64,000 bases of DNA from an uncultured delta proteobacterium (lineage in GTDB: Bacteria; Desulfobacterota; Desulfobaccia; Desulfobaccales; 0-14-0-80-60-11): NCBI GenBank assembly GCA_963812015.1, contig CAWETI010000002.1, forward strand, positions 1,024,001-1,088,000. Reading direction: 5' to 3'. Position numbers and translations under genes: made by a program. Below the pieces are notes generated by a model. The model was not told where the DNA came from and searched no databases. It saw nothing but the letters and a program-made list of their open reading frames with translations. This document shows positions 19,366-30,732 of this stretch, piece by piece (position 1 is the first letter of the stretch; the number at the start of each line of letters is the position of its first letter).

Positions 19366-19521
19366 TTATTCCTCAATAGTTCCTTCTTCCTGCGCCGTAG
19401 GTTCTTCTGGGGTCTCTTCTTCGGTGGCCCGATTCTGGCGCTTTTTTATCTTCTCATCGCTTTTCTGCTTCCGGGCGATTTCTTTGGCTCGTTTTTCCCA
19501 GCCATATCGGTTGCGGGCCAC
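19366..19521 (-). CDS. Small protein (51 aa), basic N-half and acidic C-half
   Basis: AGGAGGT RBS, GTG start, MARNRYGWEKRAKEIARKQKSDEKIKKRQNRATEEETPEEPTAQEEGTIEE*. Not in the ORF track. Confidence 0.7.
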   Translation of the reverse strand: MARNRYGWEKRAKEIARKQKSDEKIKKRQNRATEEETPEEPTAQEEGTIEE

Positions 19522-19602
19522 GGTTCACCTCCTGGGGGTCAATATGGCGGAACTCCGGGGCCGTTGGACCGCCGGAGTTCCCAGCCTCAAGTGGTTACCT
19601 GT

Positions 19603-19806
19603 TTAGATCTTGGTGACGTTTTGTGCCTGGGGTCCTTTTTGACCCTGGACCACCTCGAACTCGACCTCCTGGTCTTCTGCCAGGGTCCGGAAGCCTTCGC
19701 TCTGGATCGCGCTGTGATGCACAAAGACATCGGGGCCATTCTCTCGGGAGATAAAACCGAACCCCTTGGAATCATTGAACCACTTAACTCTGCCCCTTTC
19801 CTTCAT
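19603..19806 (-). CDS. Cold-shock protein (CspA family)
   Basis: [37 protein letters not shown]. Confidence 0.96.
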   Translation of the reverse strand: MKERGRVKWFNDSKGFGFISRENGPDVFVHHSAIQSEGFRTLAEDQEVEFEVVQGQKGPQAQNVTKI

Positions 19807-20172
19807 GAATGAGGAACCTCCTAAATTTTGTAACACTTATCCCGCCCCAGGAGCAGGACCGCGAGAGCAGCCAGGCAAAAAAAAAGGGAAGGTATTTAGC
19901 ATACCCTTCCGATCTATGGCCAGGGCCCGCCGCCCTGCCTTCAGTCTGACATGCTATCTACAGGTAAAAATTTAACGCACGGGTCGGGTAATGTCAAGCA
20001 AAATAAAGGGGAACGTCCCCAGACCTCCCCCTCGGCCGGAGGGGTGCCCGAAGGGCCCAATCCTAACGATAACCGGGTAAATTTAGACAAGATAAACAGG
20101 AGGATGACGTGGTTGAGGCAGGCCAGGACGGCAGGTGTCTCCCGGGAATGACTCGGCGCCTCCCGGCCCGGG

Positions 20173-21146
20173 TCAATGGGTGCGAGCCAGCAGTTCTTCG
20201 GTGATGGCCCAAAAGAACGTCTTTTCCGGGGAGGGTGAGAAGGTCTCCAGGTTTTCCTGGGCCTTCAGGGTATAGCTTCGGGCCACGGTGCGGGCGTAAT
20301 CCAGAGACCGGTGCTGATCCAGGAGGCTGCGGAGTTTCGGGGCCGACTCCGGGGTCAGATCCTGGGCGATGGCTGCCAAGCGCTCCCGGTCCGCGGGCGC
20401 GGCCTGGGCCAGGGCGTGAATCAGGGGCAGGGTAATGCGGCCTTCCCGCAGGTCGGCGCACACCCCTTTGCCCAACTCCCTTTCGTCCCCGGTGTAATCC
20501 AGGATATCGTCCACTACCTGGAAGGTGATGCCCAGGTTCAGCCCCATCTGGGTCAAGGCTTCCTCCTGGGAGGAGGGGACCCCCCCAGGATGGCGCCGAT
20601 CTGACAGGCGGCGGACATCAGGATGGCGGTCTTGCGGGTGATGACTTCGAAGTATTCGGCTTCGGTGATCTTGAGGTTGCCCGCGTGGAGGAGCTGCAGG
20701 ATCTCTCCTTCGGCCATCATGGTGGTGGCCTGGGACAGGACCTGAAGGACCTGCAATTTATTGGTGGTCACCGCCAGGCACAGGGCCTTGGCCAGGAGAA
20801 AGTCCCCCACCAGGATCACCGCCTGGTTGCCCCAGATGGTGTTGGCGGTGGACGCCCCCCGGCGTACGCTGGCGGTGTCGATGACGTCGTCGTGGAGCAG
20901 GGTGGCGGCGTGGAGATATTCAAAAATGCTGGAGAAATCGTTCAGATGATTGCCCTGGCAACCGCACATCCGGGCGCTCAAGATGAACAGCAGCGGCCGG
21001 ATGCGCTTGCCGCCGCTGAGCAGGATATGGCGCCCCACCTCGGCGATCAACGGCACATGGGTCTGGAGATTGGCCGCTATCGCCTGATTGATGGCGGCTA
21101 CCTCGTTTTCCAAGTCCTTGAGGATACTTTTACCCTGGGCAACCAT
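20173..21146 (-). pseudogene. ispB: Polyprenyl diphosphate synthase (IspB-like) with a one-base frameshift in a G7 run; sequencing error possible
   Basis: GGKRIRP, first Asp-rich motif LHDDVID, KTA, then second motif FQVVDDILD in another frame. One extra G at 20580-20586 restores LGGVPSSQEEALTQMG. Confidence 0.75.
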
Positions 21147-21375
21147 GTGAATAAATTAACTTACCTCTCACGGGAAGTCAATTGTTTAGGGGAGGGGGCA
21201 GGGCGTCGAAGTTGGCGCCGAACCGAAAAAACTCCCTGCCTCAGAGTATCTGAGCCCCCGCCCCGATCCGGAGTCATTCAGGGTTATTATGTCAGAGATT
21301 TACCGGCCTGCAACCCCCGGGTGCTGACGCCTGGCAGATAATCCCAAGAATCGCCGCGCCGGTGGCGTCCCGTAC

Positions 21376-22797
21376 TTACCCCTTTTCGCCTTTTCGCCCT
21401 TTCGCCTTTTCCCCCGGTTCTAAAATCTCTCCCACCAGGTCATAGGGCAGGGCCCGGGTGAGGCGGATGGGTTGGATTTCCCCGATCTGCCCGGTCCCGG
21501 CGGTGATATAGACCTGGCCGTCGATGTCCGGGGCCTGGCTCGCCAGACGGCCCGTGAGGAGGTAGTCGCTCTCCGGGCTCACGCCCTCCACCAGGACCTC
21601 GGCCACGGTGCCCACCAGGGCCTTGAGCCGGGCTTTGACGATCTTGGCCTGTAAGGCCTTTACCCGGCGGGCCCGCCGGCGAGCCTCCCGCCGGGGCACC
21701 TGGGGGGTCAAACGTTGAGCCGGGATGCCGGTCTCCGGGGAGTATAAAAAAACCCCCAGGTGGTCGAAACCCACCTCCTGGATGAGGTCGCAGAGCGCCT
21801 CAACGTGCGCCTCGGTCTCGCCGGGAAAGCCCACCATGACGGTGGTGCGCAGCGTCGCCCCGGGGAGGCTCTCCCGAATGCGCCGCACGGCCGCCAAAAT
21901 ATCCCGGCGCTTATAGCCCCGCCCCATGCGGCGCAGGATCTCGTCGTGGCCGTGCTGGATGGGCAGGTCCAGGTAGGGGAGCATCCGGGGGACTGCGGCC
22001 ATAGTTTCCAGCAACTCCGTCGTGATGCGGGCCGTATGAGCGTAAAGGAGGCGAATCCACGAAAAGCCGTCAATAGCGGCCAGTTCCCGGAGCAGTGCCA
22101 CGATCCCCGGCTGGCCGGCCCGCTCCAGGCCATAGGCGGTGGTGTCCTGGGCCACGCAGATGAGCTCTTTGACCCCGGCCGCGGCCAGATTTTCGGCCTC
22201 TCGCACCAGGGTGTCCAGGGGGCGGCTCCGCAGCGGGCCGCGGATCTGGGGGATGAGACAATACGTGCAGCGGTGGCTGCACCCTTCGGCAATCTTGAGG
22301 TAGGCCAGATGGGCCGGGGTGGCGGGATAGCGGGGCTCCGGGGCGGCGTAGGCGTAAGGTGGGGCCTTATGGAAAAGGCGGGAGGCCCCCGCAACCTTGG
22401 GGCGGCCTAACAGGTCGGCCAAAGCGGGAAAATCGTTGACCCCGACAAAGTAATCGACCTCCGGAAGGTCTTTCTCCAACTCCGGGCCGTAGCGCTGCAC
22501 CAGGCAGCCGGCCACCACCAGGCGTTTGTCGGGATCGCCCTCCTTGAAGCGGGCCAGGTCCAGAATGGTGTCCACCGCTTCCTGACAGGCCGGTTCGATA
22601 AAGGCGCAGGTATTGACCAGCAGGACGTCTGCGGCCTCGGGCGCGCCGGTAACCTCCCAACCCGCCCGGGTGAGCCGCCCCAACATGATTTCCGTGTCCA
22701 CCAGGTTCTTGGGGCAGCCCAGGGAAACGGCGTAGACTAAAGGGGGGTTTTCGGTTTTCGGTTTTCGGTTATCGGTATTCAGAGATTTAGCGCTCAC
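21376..22797 (-). CDS. rimO: Ribosomal protein S12 methylthiotransferase RimO
   Basis: SLGCPKNLVD, NTCAFI, GCL, CSHRCTYC, APDIDG (TRAM domain). Confidence 0.95.
   Translation of the reverse strand: MSAKSLNTDNRKPKTENPPLVYAVSLGCPKNLVDTEIMLGRLTRAGWEVTGAPEAADVLLVNTCAFIEPACQEAVDTILDLARFKEGDPDKRLVVAGCLVQRYGPELEKDLPEVDYFVGVNDFPALADLLGRPKVAGASRLFHKAPPYAYAAPEPRYPATPAHLAYLKIAEGCSHRCTYCLIPQIRGPLRSRPLDTLVREAENLAAAGVKELICVAQDTTAYGLERAGQPGIVALLRELAAIDGFSWIRLLYAHTARITTELLETMAAVPRMLPYLDLPIQHGHDEILRRMGRGYKRRDILAAVRRIRESLPGATLRTTVMVGFPGETEAHVEALCDLIQEVGFDHLGVFLYSPETGIPAQRLTPQVPRREARRRARRVKALQAKIVKARLKALVGTVAEVLVEGVSPESDYLLTGRLASQAPDIDGQVYITAGTGQIGEIQPIRLTRALPYDLVGEILEPGEKAKGRKGEKG
22746..22780. repeat. Tandem heptamer GGTTTTC x5 (last two degenerate) at the rimO 5' end
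   Basis: Same unit as the 6618-6794 element. Confidence 0.7.
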
Positions 22798-22910
22798 AGG
22801 TTATTTTGGATTTTGGGATTGAGGGAGAATTATGTTTTTAATGAAGGGTGGCATGGCCCACCATTTACGATGATCGATCACAATATGGCGGGCAGTATCC
22901 GCCCTGTATC

Positions 22911-22992
22911 GGCTAACATGACCACCTGATTCCTCTCTTGTGAGTGATCTATCGCATAGACGGATCGAATCAGGTGAAGCATTTGGTTAGTC
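22911..22992 (-). mobile_element. attC-like recombination site of an integron-type gene cassette
   Basis: Minus strand GACTAAC (overlapping the stop codon) ... CACCTGATTC/GAATCAGGTG inverted repeat ... GTTAGCC. 82 bp. Confidence 0.6.
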
Positions 22993-23403
22993 GCCGTTTT
23001 CTTCATTTTTCCGTTTGCACTTCGCAGCTCCATGTCCTGTGTGCTGGGAAAGAGGTTCCTTGCATTCATGCACGACCTCACCAGTTTCAGGGTCTATGAC
23101 TACTTTGTGATAAAGATCGTTTTCCCTATCTATGATTCTGCTCAGATTCATCCACTTCCCTGTCTTACGATAAAGGTCATCGCCATGTATTTGCTCGATG
23201 AACAGTTTGCCACCGCCAGCGTGACGACCTTTTATGCCGAGCTTTCCTATTGCTGTAACAGTCCCATGTATAGTCACGTGAATTGCCCGCTTTATCGATC
23301 CGCAAGTTGGGCACGGGAGACGATTCTCAGTAAGCTGACTGGGACCCTCATCCAGTTCCTTGCCGCAATTGCCACATGTAACCGTTTGAATATCTGCAGG
23401 CAT
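22987..23403 (-). CDS. Hypothetical zinc-ribbon protein (cassette-borne, low GC)
   Basis: CGNC...CPTC, AAAGGA RBS, AT-richer than neighbours, followed by an attC-like site. Confidence 0.7.
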   Translation of the reverse strand: MPADIQTVTCGNCGKELDEGPSQLTENRLPCPTCGSIKRAIHVTIHGTVTAIGKLGIKGRHAGGGKLFIEQIHGDDLYRKTGKWMNLSRIIDRENDLYHKVVIDPETGEVVHECKEPLSQHTGHGAAKCKRKNEENGD

Positions 23404-23466
23404 TTCTTGTTCCTTTCGGCTAATCGTTGATTATATGCAGATGCGGACTTTTGTCCGACGTAAATC

Positions 23467-24387
23467 TTACTGGTATGAAATCACCGTCCAGGCATCAATG
23501 GCGGCAAACATCACTATCCAGAAGCTTAATTGGAGTACATACGAAAAACGCCGCCGGGGGGTGGTGAGCACCCGTTCATCCAGGGCTTTGAGGAAATTAT
23601 ACATGACCGCGCCTGACAGGGCAAAGGGGGGGAACCCCAGGAACCCCAGGAGCGGCATCTCGAACACCTTCCAGAAGTTGAACACTGGCAGGGTATAGAC
23701 CCACTTGGTGACCGCCCAGTAATTCCAGGCTTCCCACCAGAGGCCGCACATCAGGCCGGCGGTCAAAAGACACCAGGATTCCCGCCGTTCGCCCTGGGCA
23801 AAGCGATTGATGAGGGAATTCCCCCCTAAAAGCCAGCAGAAGGGGTCCAGAAGGAAGAAAAACGCCCCCCAAATCAGGGGGAAGGCGTAGCGGGGCAGGA
23901 CCAGGGGCACGATCAGCAACACCGCGCCCACCAGCAGGGACACGGGCTGCCAGGGACCCAGGTTGGCAGGCCGGGCCTTCCGGCCCTTGAAGGCCCCCAG
24001 GGCTTCGATGACCTGGGCGGTGAGGAGCACCCCGGGGAGCACCGTGGCAAAGCCCAGGGCGTAACCGCCCCAGCGAATCCACCCTACCGGGACCACCCCC
24101 ACATACCCCCAGTTTTTCAGTGCCAAGTTGAGGGCTTCAAAGATGAGCCAGACGGTGGTGGACCAGAAAAACATCTTCAGAAGTTGCCGGGGCTGAGTGA
24201 GGAGCCAGGACGAGCCCCGGAGGCGGAACAGGAGGCCGTCCAGAAAAGCGATATATGGATACCAGGCGAAGAAGTAGAGGTACTGAAGGATAATGTTATC
24301 CCCATGAATAATGCCCCAGAGGCCGACGGCCCAGCCGGCCAGGGCCAGAGCGAGCTCCAGATTGGCCAGGTATCTGAGATTGTTCAT
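23467..24387 (-). CDS. Integral membrane protein of unknown function
   Basis: Many TM helices, duplicated (W)xFE.LN..W.Y / WE.WN..W.Y motif, FEMPLLGFLGFPPF. Confidence 0.8.
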   Translation of the reverse strand: MNNLRYLANLELALALAGWAVGLWGIIHGDNIILQYLYFFAWYPYIAFLDGLLFRLRGSSWLLTQPRQLLKMFFWSTTVWLIFEALNLALKNWGYVGVVPVGWIRWGGYALGFATVLPGVLLTAQVIEALGAFKGRKARPANLGPWQPVSLLVGAVLLIVPLVLPRYAFPLIWGAFFFLLDPFCWLLGGNSLINRFAQGERRESWCLLTAGLMCGLWWEAWNYWAVTKWVYTLPVFNFWKVFEMPLLGFLGFPPFALSGAVMYNFLKALDERVLTTPRRRFSYVLQLSFWIVMFAAIDAWTVISYQ

Positions 24388-24611
24388 GGTTTTTATTGCC
24401 TCCGGTATTATGATAACCGGGCCGATAATAACTTAAAAGAGCCCGAGGCCGGGAAAATCAAGTATAGCCTGCTTTTTTTCTTGCCAAGTGGGAAAAATGC
24501 TGCTATACGGAAAAAATCCCAGGTCCATCGGCCCGCCTCGGGGGAGGTAACGATAAACATTTTCGGACCGGTACAACCGCAAACCCGGACCAGCAGGTGA
24601 AAGGAGTCCTT

Positions 24612-26156
24612 ATGATATCCTGGCTCGTGGGGGTAGTAGTCTGCGTCGCGTTGATGGCGGGGTGCGCCGGTGGTCAAAAAGCTAGCCTGGTAAAGGTGGA
24701 GCCGGCCCAGCCGGAAATGACGGCCCCCCTGGCCGATAACGGTCAAGACGATGCTACCTTGACCGAGGAGTTGAGCGCCAACCGCCTGGAAGAACTCTAT
24801 GCCAAGAGCGGCATCCCCGGTTGGGACCCCAGCCTGGAAGAGGAATTAAAGAACTGGGAACATCAAGTCAAATTCGATGTGCCCATCCAGATGAATAAGC
24901 AGGTCAGAGCCTACCTGGTCTATTTCTCCACCGAGCGCAAAGCGGTCATCACGCGCTACCTATCCCGCTCCAGCCGATATCTGCCCATGATCAAGGAAGT
25001 CTTCCAGGAGGCCGGCCTCCCGGAAGATATGGCCTATCTGGCCATGATTGAGAGCGGCTTTGACAATAAGGCCTATTCCCCGGCGGCCGCCAGCGGCATG
25101 TGGCAATTCATTAAAGGCACCGGCCTGCGCTACGGCCTGACTATCGACAGCTACGTGGATGAGCGCCGGGACCCGGAGAAGGCCACCCGGGCGGCGGCCC
25201 AATACCTGCTGGACCTCTATAAACAGTTCGGCTCCTGGTATCTGGCGGCGGCCTCCTACAACTGCGGCGAAGGCCGGGTGCAACGGGAGCTGAACCAGAG
25301 CAACCACAAGAATTTCTGGGAACTCTCCGCCAACCAATGCCTGCCCACTGAGACCAAGAATTACGTGCCCCAGATGATCGCGGCCACCATCATCGCCAAG
25401 AACCCGGAAAAATTCGGCTTCAAGAACGTACCTTATTTGCCGCCGGCCAAATATGAGAAGGTTCCGGTAAATGAGACTACCTCGCTGACCGCGGCGGCGG
25501 TGGCGGTGAACGTGCCCTCCGAGGAAGTGCAGGCGCTCAACCCGGAATTGCTCCGGGGCATCACTCCCCCGGACGCGCCGTCTTACACCCTGAATCTGCC
25601 TCCCAACAGCAAAGACCTGTTCACCAAGAACATTACCATCGCTCGCATCGAGCATCCGGCGGTGGCCTCCCACCCCATTCGGACGGCCGGGAGTTCCGGA
25701 CCTTCTTATGGCAGCGGCAGGAAATCTGTCAGCCACCAGGCCGCCGTGGCCCAAAAGTCCAGCGGCACGAGCCGGACCTCTGCCAAGTCCGCCAAAAAAT
25801 CCGCCAGCCAGATTTATGCCAAAAAAGAGACCTCGGGCCACAGCGCCCCGGTTAAGGCCAGCGCCGCCCCCGTGGTTCAGGCCTCTTTGTTCGGGACGCC
25901 GACCCTGGCCTCCAAGCACGGCGACACTAATAAGACCAAAGTGGCCCTCATAGGCGCCTCCAAGAGCAAGACCAAAACCCCGGGCGTGCAAGGCAAGAAA
26001 GCGGCCGAGACCCGGCTGGCGAAAAAGAGTGACGTCCCCTCCAAGAGCGCCACCAAAGGCAAGAAAAACAGCTCATCCAGCAAGAATTCCAAGGACAAGG
26101 ACAAGTATTCCCGGTCCAAGTCCTCGCGGACCATCATGGTTTCCGAAGCCCGGTAG
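24612..26156 (+). CDS. Membrane-bound lytic murein transglycosylase (MltD-like lipoprotein) with Lys/Ser-rich tail
   Basis: Lipobox MAGC, IESGF, GMWQFI, ASYNCGEG, ETKNYVP, LNPEL. Confidence 0.9.
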   Translation: MISWLVGVVVCVALMAGCAGGQKASLVKVEPAQPEMTAPLADNGQDDATLTEELSANRLEELYAKSGIPGWDPSLEEELKNWEHQVKFDVPIQMNKQVRAYLVYFSTERKAVITRYLSRSSRYLPMIKEVFQEAGLPEDMAYLAMIESGFDNKAYSPAAASGMWQFIKGTGLRYGLTIDSYVDERRDPEKATRAAAQYLLDLYKQFGSWYLAAASYNCGEGRVQRELNQSNHKNFWELSANQCLPTETKNYVPQMIAATIIAKNPEKFGFKNVPYLPPAKYEKVPVNETTSLTAAAVAVNVPSEEVQALNPELLRGITPPDAPSYTLNLPPNSKDLFTKNITIARIEHPAVASHPIRTAGSSGPSYGSGRKSVSHQAAVAQKSSGTSRTSAKSAKKSASQIYAKKETSGHSAPVKASAAPVVQASLFGTPTLASKHGDTNKTKVALIGASKSKTKTPGVQGKKAAETRLAKKSDVPSKSATKGKKNSSSSKNSKDKDKYSRSKSSRTIMVSEAR

Positions 26157-26188
26157 GACTACCGGGCTTCGGCCCGTCCTATCTTTTT
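26154..26188 (+). terminator. Probable terminator
   Basis: TAGGAC..CGGGC-TTCG-GCCCG-TCCTA followed by a T run. Confidence 0.55.
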
Positions 26189-26249
26189 CAAAAAAAATCT
26201 TATCCCCCCCTTGCTTTTCCCCGGAGAGTGGTTAAAATTACCCTGATAA

Positions 26250-26276
26250 TTAGCACTCACCTTGAATGAGTGCTAA
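26250..26276 (+). promoter_or_regulatory. CIRCE element (HrcA operator)
   Basis: Perfect TTAGCACTC-N9-GAGTGCTAA upstream of groES. Confidence 0.97.
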
Positions 26277-26315
26277 TAGAAGCTGATACCCTTAATTACT
26301 ACGAGGAGGTTGTAT

Positions 26316-26606
26316 ATGAAGGTCAAACCCTTGAATGACCGGGTTTTGGTCAAACGGATGGAAGAAGTGCAGATCACCAAAGGCGGTATCGTTATCCCCG
26401 ACACCGCTAAGGAAAAGCCCATTGAGGGCAAAGTCATCGCCGTCGGCCCTGGCAAAATGAGCGATGCCGGCGCCCGCATGCCCCTCCAACTGAAAGAAGG
26501 CGACCGGGTGCTGTTCGGTAAATATGCCGGCACCGAAATCAAGATGGAAGGCGAAGAATTGCTGATGATGCGGGAAGAAGACATCCTGGCCGTCATCACC
26601 GATTAG
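26316..26606 (+). CDS. groES: Co-chaperonin GroES
   Basis: [33 protein letters not shown]. Confidence 0.98.
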   Translation: MKVKPLNDRVLVKRMEEVQITKGGIVIPDTAKEKPIEGKVIAVGPGKMSDAGARMPLQLKEGDRVLFGKYAGTEIKMEGEELLMMREEDILAVITD

Positions 26607-26636
26607 CCGCAGGACTTCCCCATCAACGCAATCTGA

Positions 26637-28322
<1,686 letters not shown>

Positions 28323-28401
28323 AACAGGGGTTAGGGGCAGGGGTTAGTGGCACGGGCTTCCAGCCTGTGGCACACCCCGTTCCCACGATTCCCTTCAAAA
28401 G

Positions 28402-28454
28402 GTAGGGCGGGCACTGCCCGCCAAACCGTAGGGGCGGACCCGCGTGTCCGCCCT
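28402..28454. repeat. Tandem GTAG-type REP-like palindromes
   Basis: GTAGGGCGGGCACTGCCCGCC and GTAGGGGCGGACCCGCGTGTCCGCCCT. The latter is repeated exactly at 29400-29426. Confidence 0.7.
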
Positions 28455-28626
28455 TCTTTTTTTCCTTCCAGAAAGAGGTCATCTTGGGGTGTCTAATCAG
28501 ATTCTAGCTTGAACTTCCCTTTAATTCCAGGTAGCCTCTCAGATATCACAAATTATTTCCATCCCATTGATAATCCATCCGTTTTTCTTTCAGAGAAACC
28601 GAAAATCGTCCTAAAGGGAGAACTTC

Positions 28627-29325
28627 ATGAACATCCTGGCCTTAAACAGCAGTCCACGGGACCACGACACCAGCAAGACCGAACTGGTGCTGCAAAAATT
28701 TCTGGAAGGGGCCAGGCGCGCCGGGGCCACCGCCGAGACCCTGTATCTGCGGAACTACAAGATCAACCACTGCCTGGGCTGCTACAGTTGCTGGCTCCAG
28801 ACCCCGGGCCGCTGCATTCAGAAGGACGACATGTCGGAAATCCTGTTTGAGCGGTATCTGGCCGCCGACCTGGTGGTGCTGGCCTCCCCCATCTATCATG
28901 CCACCCTGAACGCCCGCATGAAGCTCTTCGTGGAGCGCACCTTGCCCATGATGGACCCTTTGGGAGAGCCGCCCGAGAGCGGCGGCCACCCCCACCGCTT
29001 CGAAAAAACACCCCGGGTGGTGACCCTGAGCGTGTGCGGCTACTGGGACCAGGTTATGTTCCAGGCCCTGTCCCTCACCTGGCGTATGTGCCTGGGCGGG
29101 GACCTCATCGCCGAGATCTACCGGAATTCTGCCGAATTTCTCTCCATGCCCGAGTTTCAGCCCCAGGTGGAGCTGGTGCTGGACGCCGTGGCCCAGGCCG
29201 GGGAAGAAGTGGTGAGCCAGGGACAGGTCAGCCCGGAGACCCAGGCCTCCCTCAGCCAGGACCTGGCCCCCGCCGCCACCCTCATGCGCCTGTCCCGGGA
29301 ATTCTGGTCCCAAGGCGCCGAGTAA
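28627..29325 (+). CDS. Flavodoxin-like iron-sulfur flavoprotein (NADPH-dependent FMN reductase family)
   Basis: LNSSPR, CLGCYSCW..PGRC..KDDM, ASPIY. Confidence 0.88.
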   Translation: MNILALNSSPRDHDTSKTELVLQKFLEGARRAGATAETLYLRNYKINHCLGCYSCWLQTPGRCIQKDDMSEILFERYLAADLVVLASPIYHATLNARMKLFVERTLPMMDPLGEPPESGGHPHRFEKTPRVVTLSVCGYWDQVMFQALSLTWRMCLGGDLIAEIYRNSAEFLSMPEFQPQVELVLDAVAQAGEEVVSQGQVSPETQASLSQDLAPAATLMRLSREFWSQGAE

Positions 29326-29399
29326 TACGAGTGGGGAAGGGGGCCAGGGGCAGAAGCCCTTCCCCACACCCCATCCCCCAACCCCATATGTGAAAAAAT

Positions 29400-29426
29400 G
29401 TAGGGGCGGACCCGCGTGTCCGCCCT
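29400..29426. repeat. GTAG-type REP-like palindrome
   Basis: Identical 27-mer to 28428-28454. Confidence 0.75.
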
Positions 29427-29501
29427 TTTCTTATTTAAAGGGAGAGTGGGCCCGGCCCACCAAATAGCCAGAGGCGACCCGGCGGGTCGTCATCTCAAAG
29501 G

Positions 29502-30290
29502 TTAATGCTCTTTAAGGCTGTCCCGCAGATCGATCATCCGCTGCTGACTTACCCTGATCAGGCCCCGGCTAGGCCGGTCGAGATCGATAATCACCATAAT
29601 CACCGCGGCGATAAGGATCGACGAGATGATGGTTATGAAGAAATTGCGCAGCCCGGATAGGCCGCAGCCATAGCCTATCAGCCCGGTCGCCATCAACGCC
29701 ACGAAATAGAGAAGCACCAGGGTGATCTCGGGCACGTGGTTTTCCAGGGCGGTAAGTCTCTTGGCGTGCAGGTCAATCGTTTCGTTCAGAGACTGGAGAA
29801 ATAATCCGGTCGTGACCGCCCGCACATCCTTTTCACCCATGGCAACCCCATATGCCCAGAGCTGATTTTGCAACCGTTCCGTCTTGTCCCTCACCGCCCT
29901 CAGCTTCTTCTGGTCATTGCCTGCTGCATAAAAATCCAGTCGCACCTCGACATAGCGGCGCAACAGGTTGGAGACCTCCTGGCGGGTTGGCTCCGGCAGC
30001 AATTGAGCTCGGAGAAAGGTGGTGCCGATGGCATTGGACTCATCCAGGACCATCTGCTTTCTCGTATCATAGCGTGACATCGCCATCGCAAAGGTAAACC
30101 CCAGGAGCAGCGCCAGCAGTCCGAGCGTCGCGCCTTGAATCGTATATATCTGCGATCTCGAGTCGTCGCCGGTGTTTGACTGACTCCGGCGCCCCAGCAG
30201 AAATCCAGCCTCGGTCGCCAGGAGGAAACCTCCGACACTGGCTACCAGAATAAGCCACAGGTCCAGATCATAGAACAATTCTTCCGCCAC
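29502..30290 (-). CDS. Membrane protein (DUF4239-like)
   Basis: LGLLALLLGFTF, ESNAIGT..LRA.LL, IIDLDRP..GLIRV. Start placed at a GTG after the GAGAGGGG RBS. Confidence 0.78.
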   Translation of the reverse strand: MAEELFYDLDLWLILVASVGGFLLATEAGFLLGRRSQSNTGDDSRSQIYTIQGATLGLLALLLGFTFAMAMSRYDTRKQMVLDESNAIGTTFLRAQLLPEPTRQEVSNLLRRYVEVRLDFYAAGNDQKKLRAVRDKTERLQNQLWAYGVAMGEKDVRAVTTGLFLQSLNETIDLHAKRLTALENHVPEITLVLLYFVALMATGLIGYGCGLSGLRNFFITIISSILIAAVIMVIIDLDRPSRGLIRVSQQRMIDLRDSLKEH

Positions 30291-30591
30291 CGCGCCCCTC
30301 TCAAATGCCAAAGGTTGAAGGTCAAAGGGGGCAGTGATCCGGCCGTCATCGCCTCCCTGCTCCCGGCCCTCTACTCACCATCCCCGACTCCTAAAGAGAG
30401 TCAACCATCATGTCGTTTCTGGAAATTTCCCCTCCCTACCATAAAGTTAGCCAGAAGTCTGCATCGAGATGTCAGGGAACTGACCCAAGCAGATTATAAG
30501 ACAATGAATGTCTTAAGGGAAAGAACTTTGCCTATTCCCGAAAGCCGGGAGCAAAAGGCCACCTTCGATGTCAATATGCCGTTATGCCAAA

Positions 30592-30732
30592 TTCTCCGAT
30601 ACGCACCGCCACCACGCCGACCCATGGCGGGACGTGGTCCTCTGTCGGTGGCACACCGGCGGCTGCACACCGGAATCAAGCGTCCCACCAGCGGCGCAAA
30701 CATGGGTTGAGGCGGTTGGCCAACGGATAGAA
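30592..30732 (-). ncRNA. Candidate structured non-coding RNA
   Basis: Nested complementary segments in an intergenic region, with a G-U pair favouring the minus strand and a terminator-like hairpin downstream. Confidence 0.35.
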
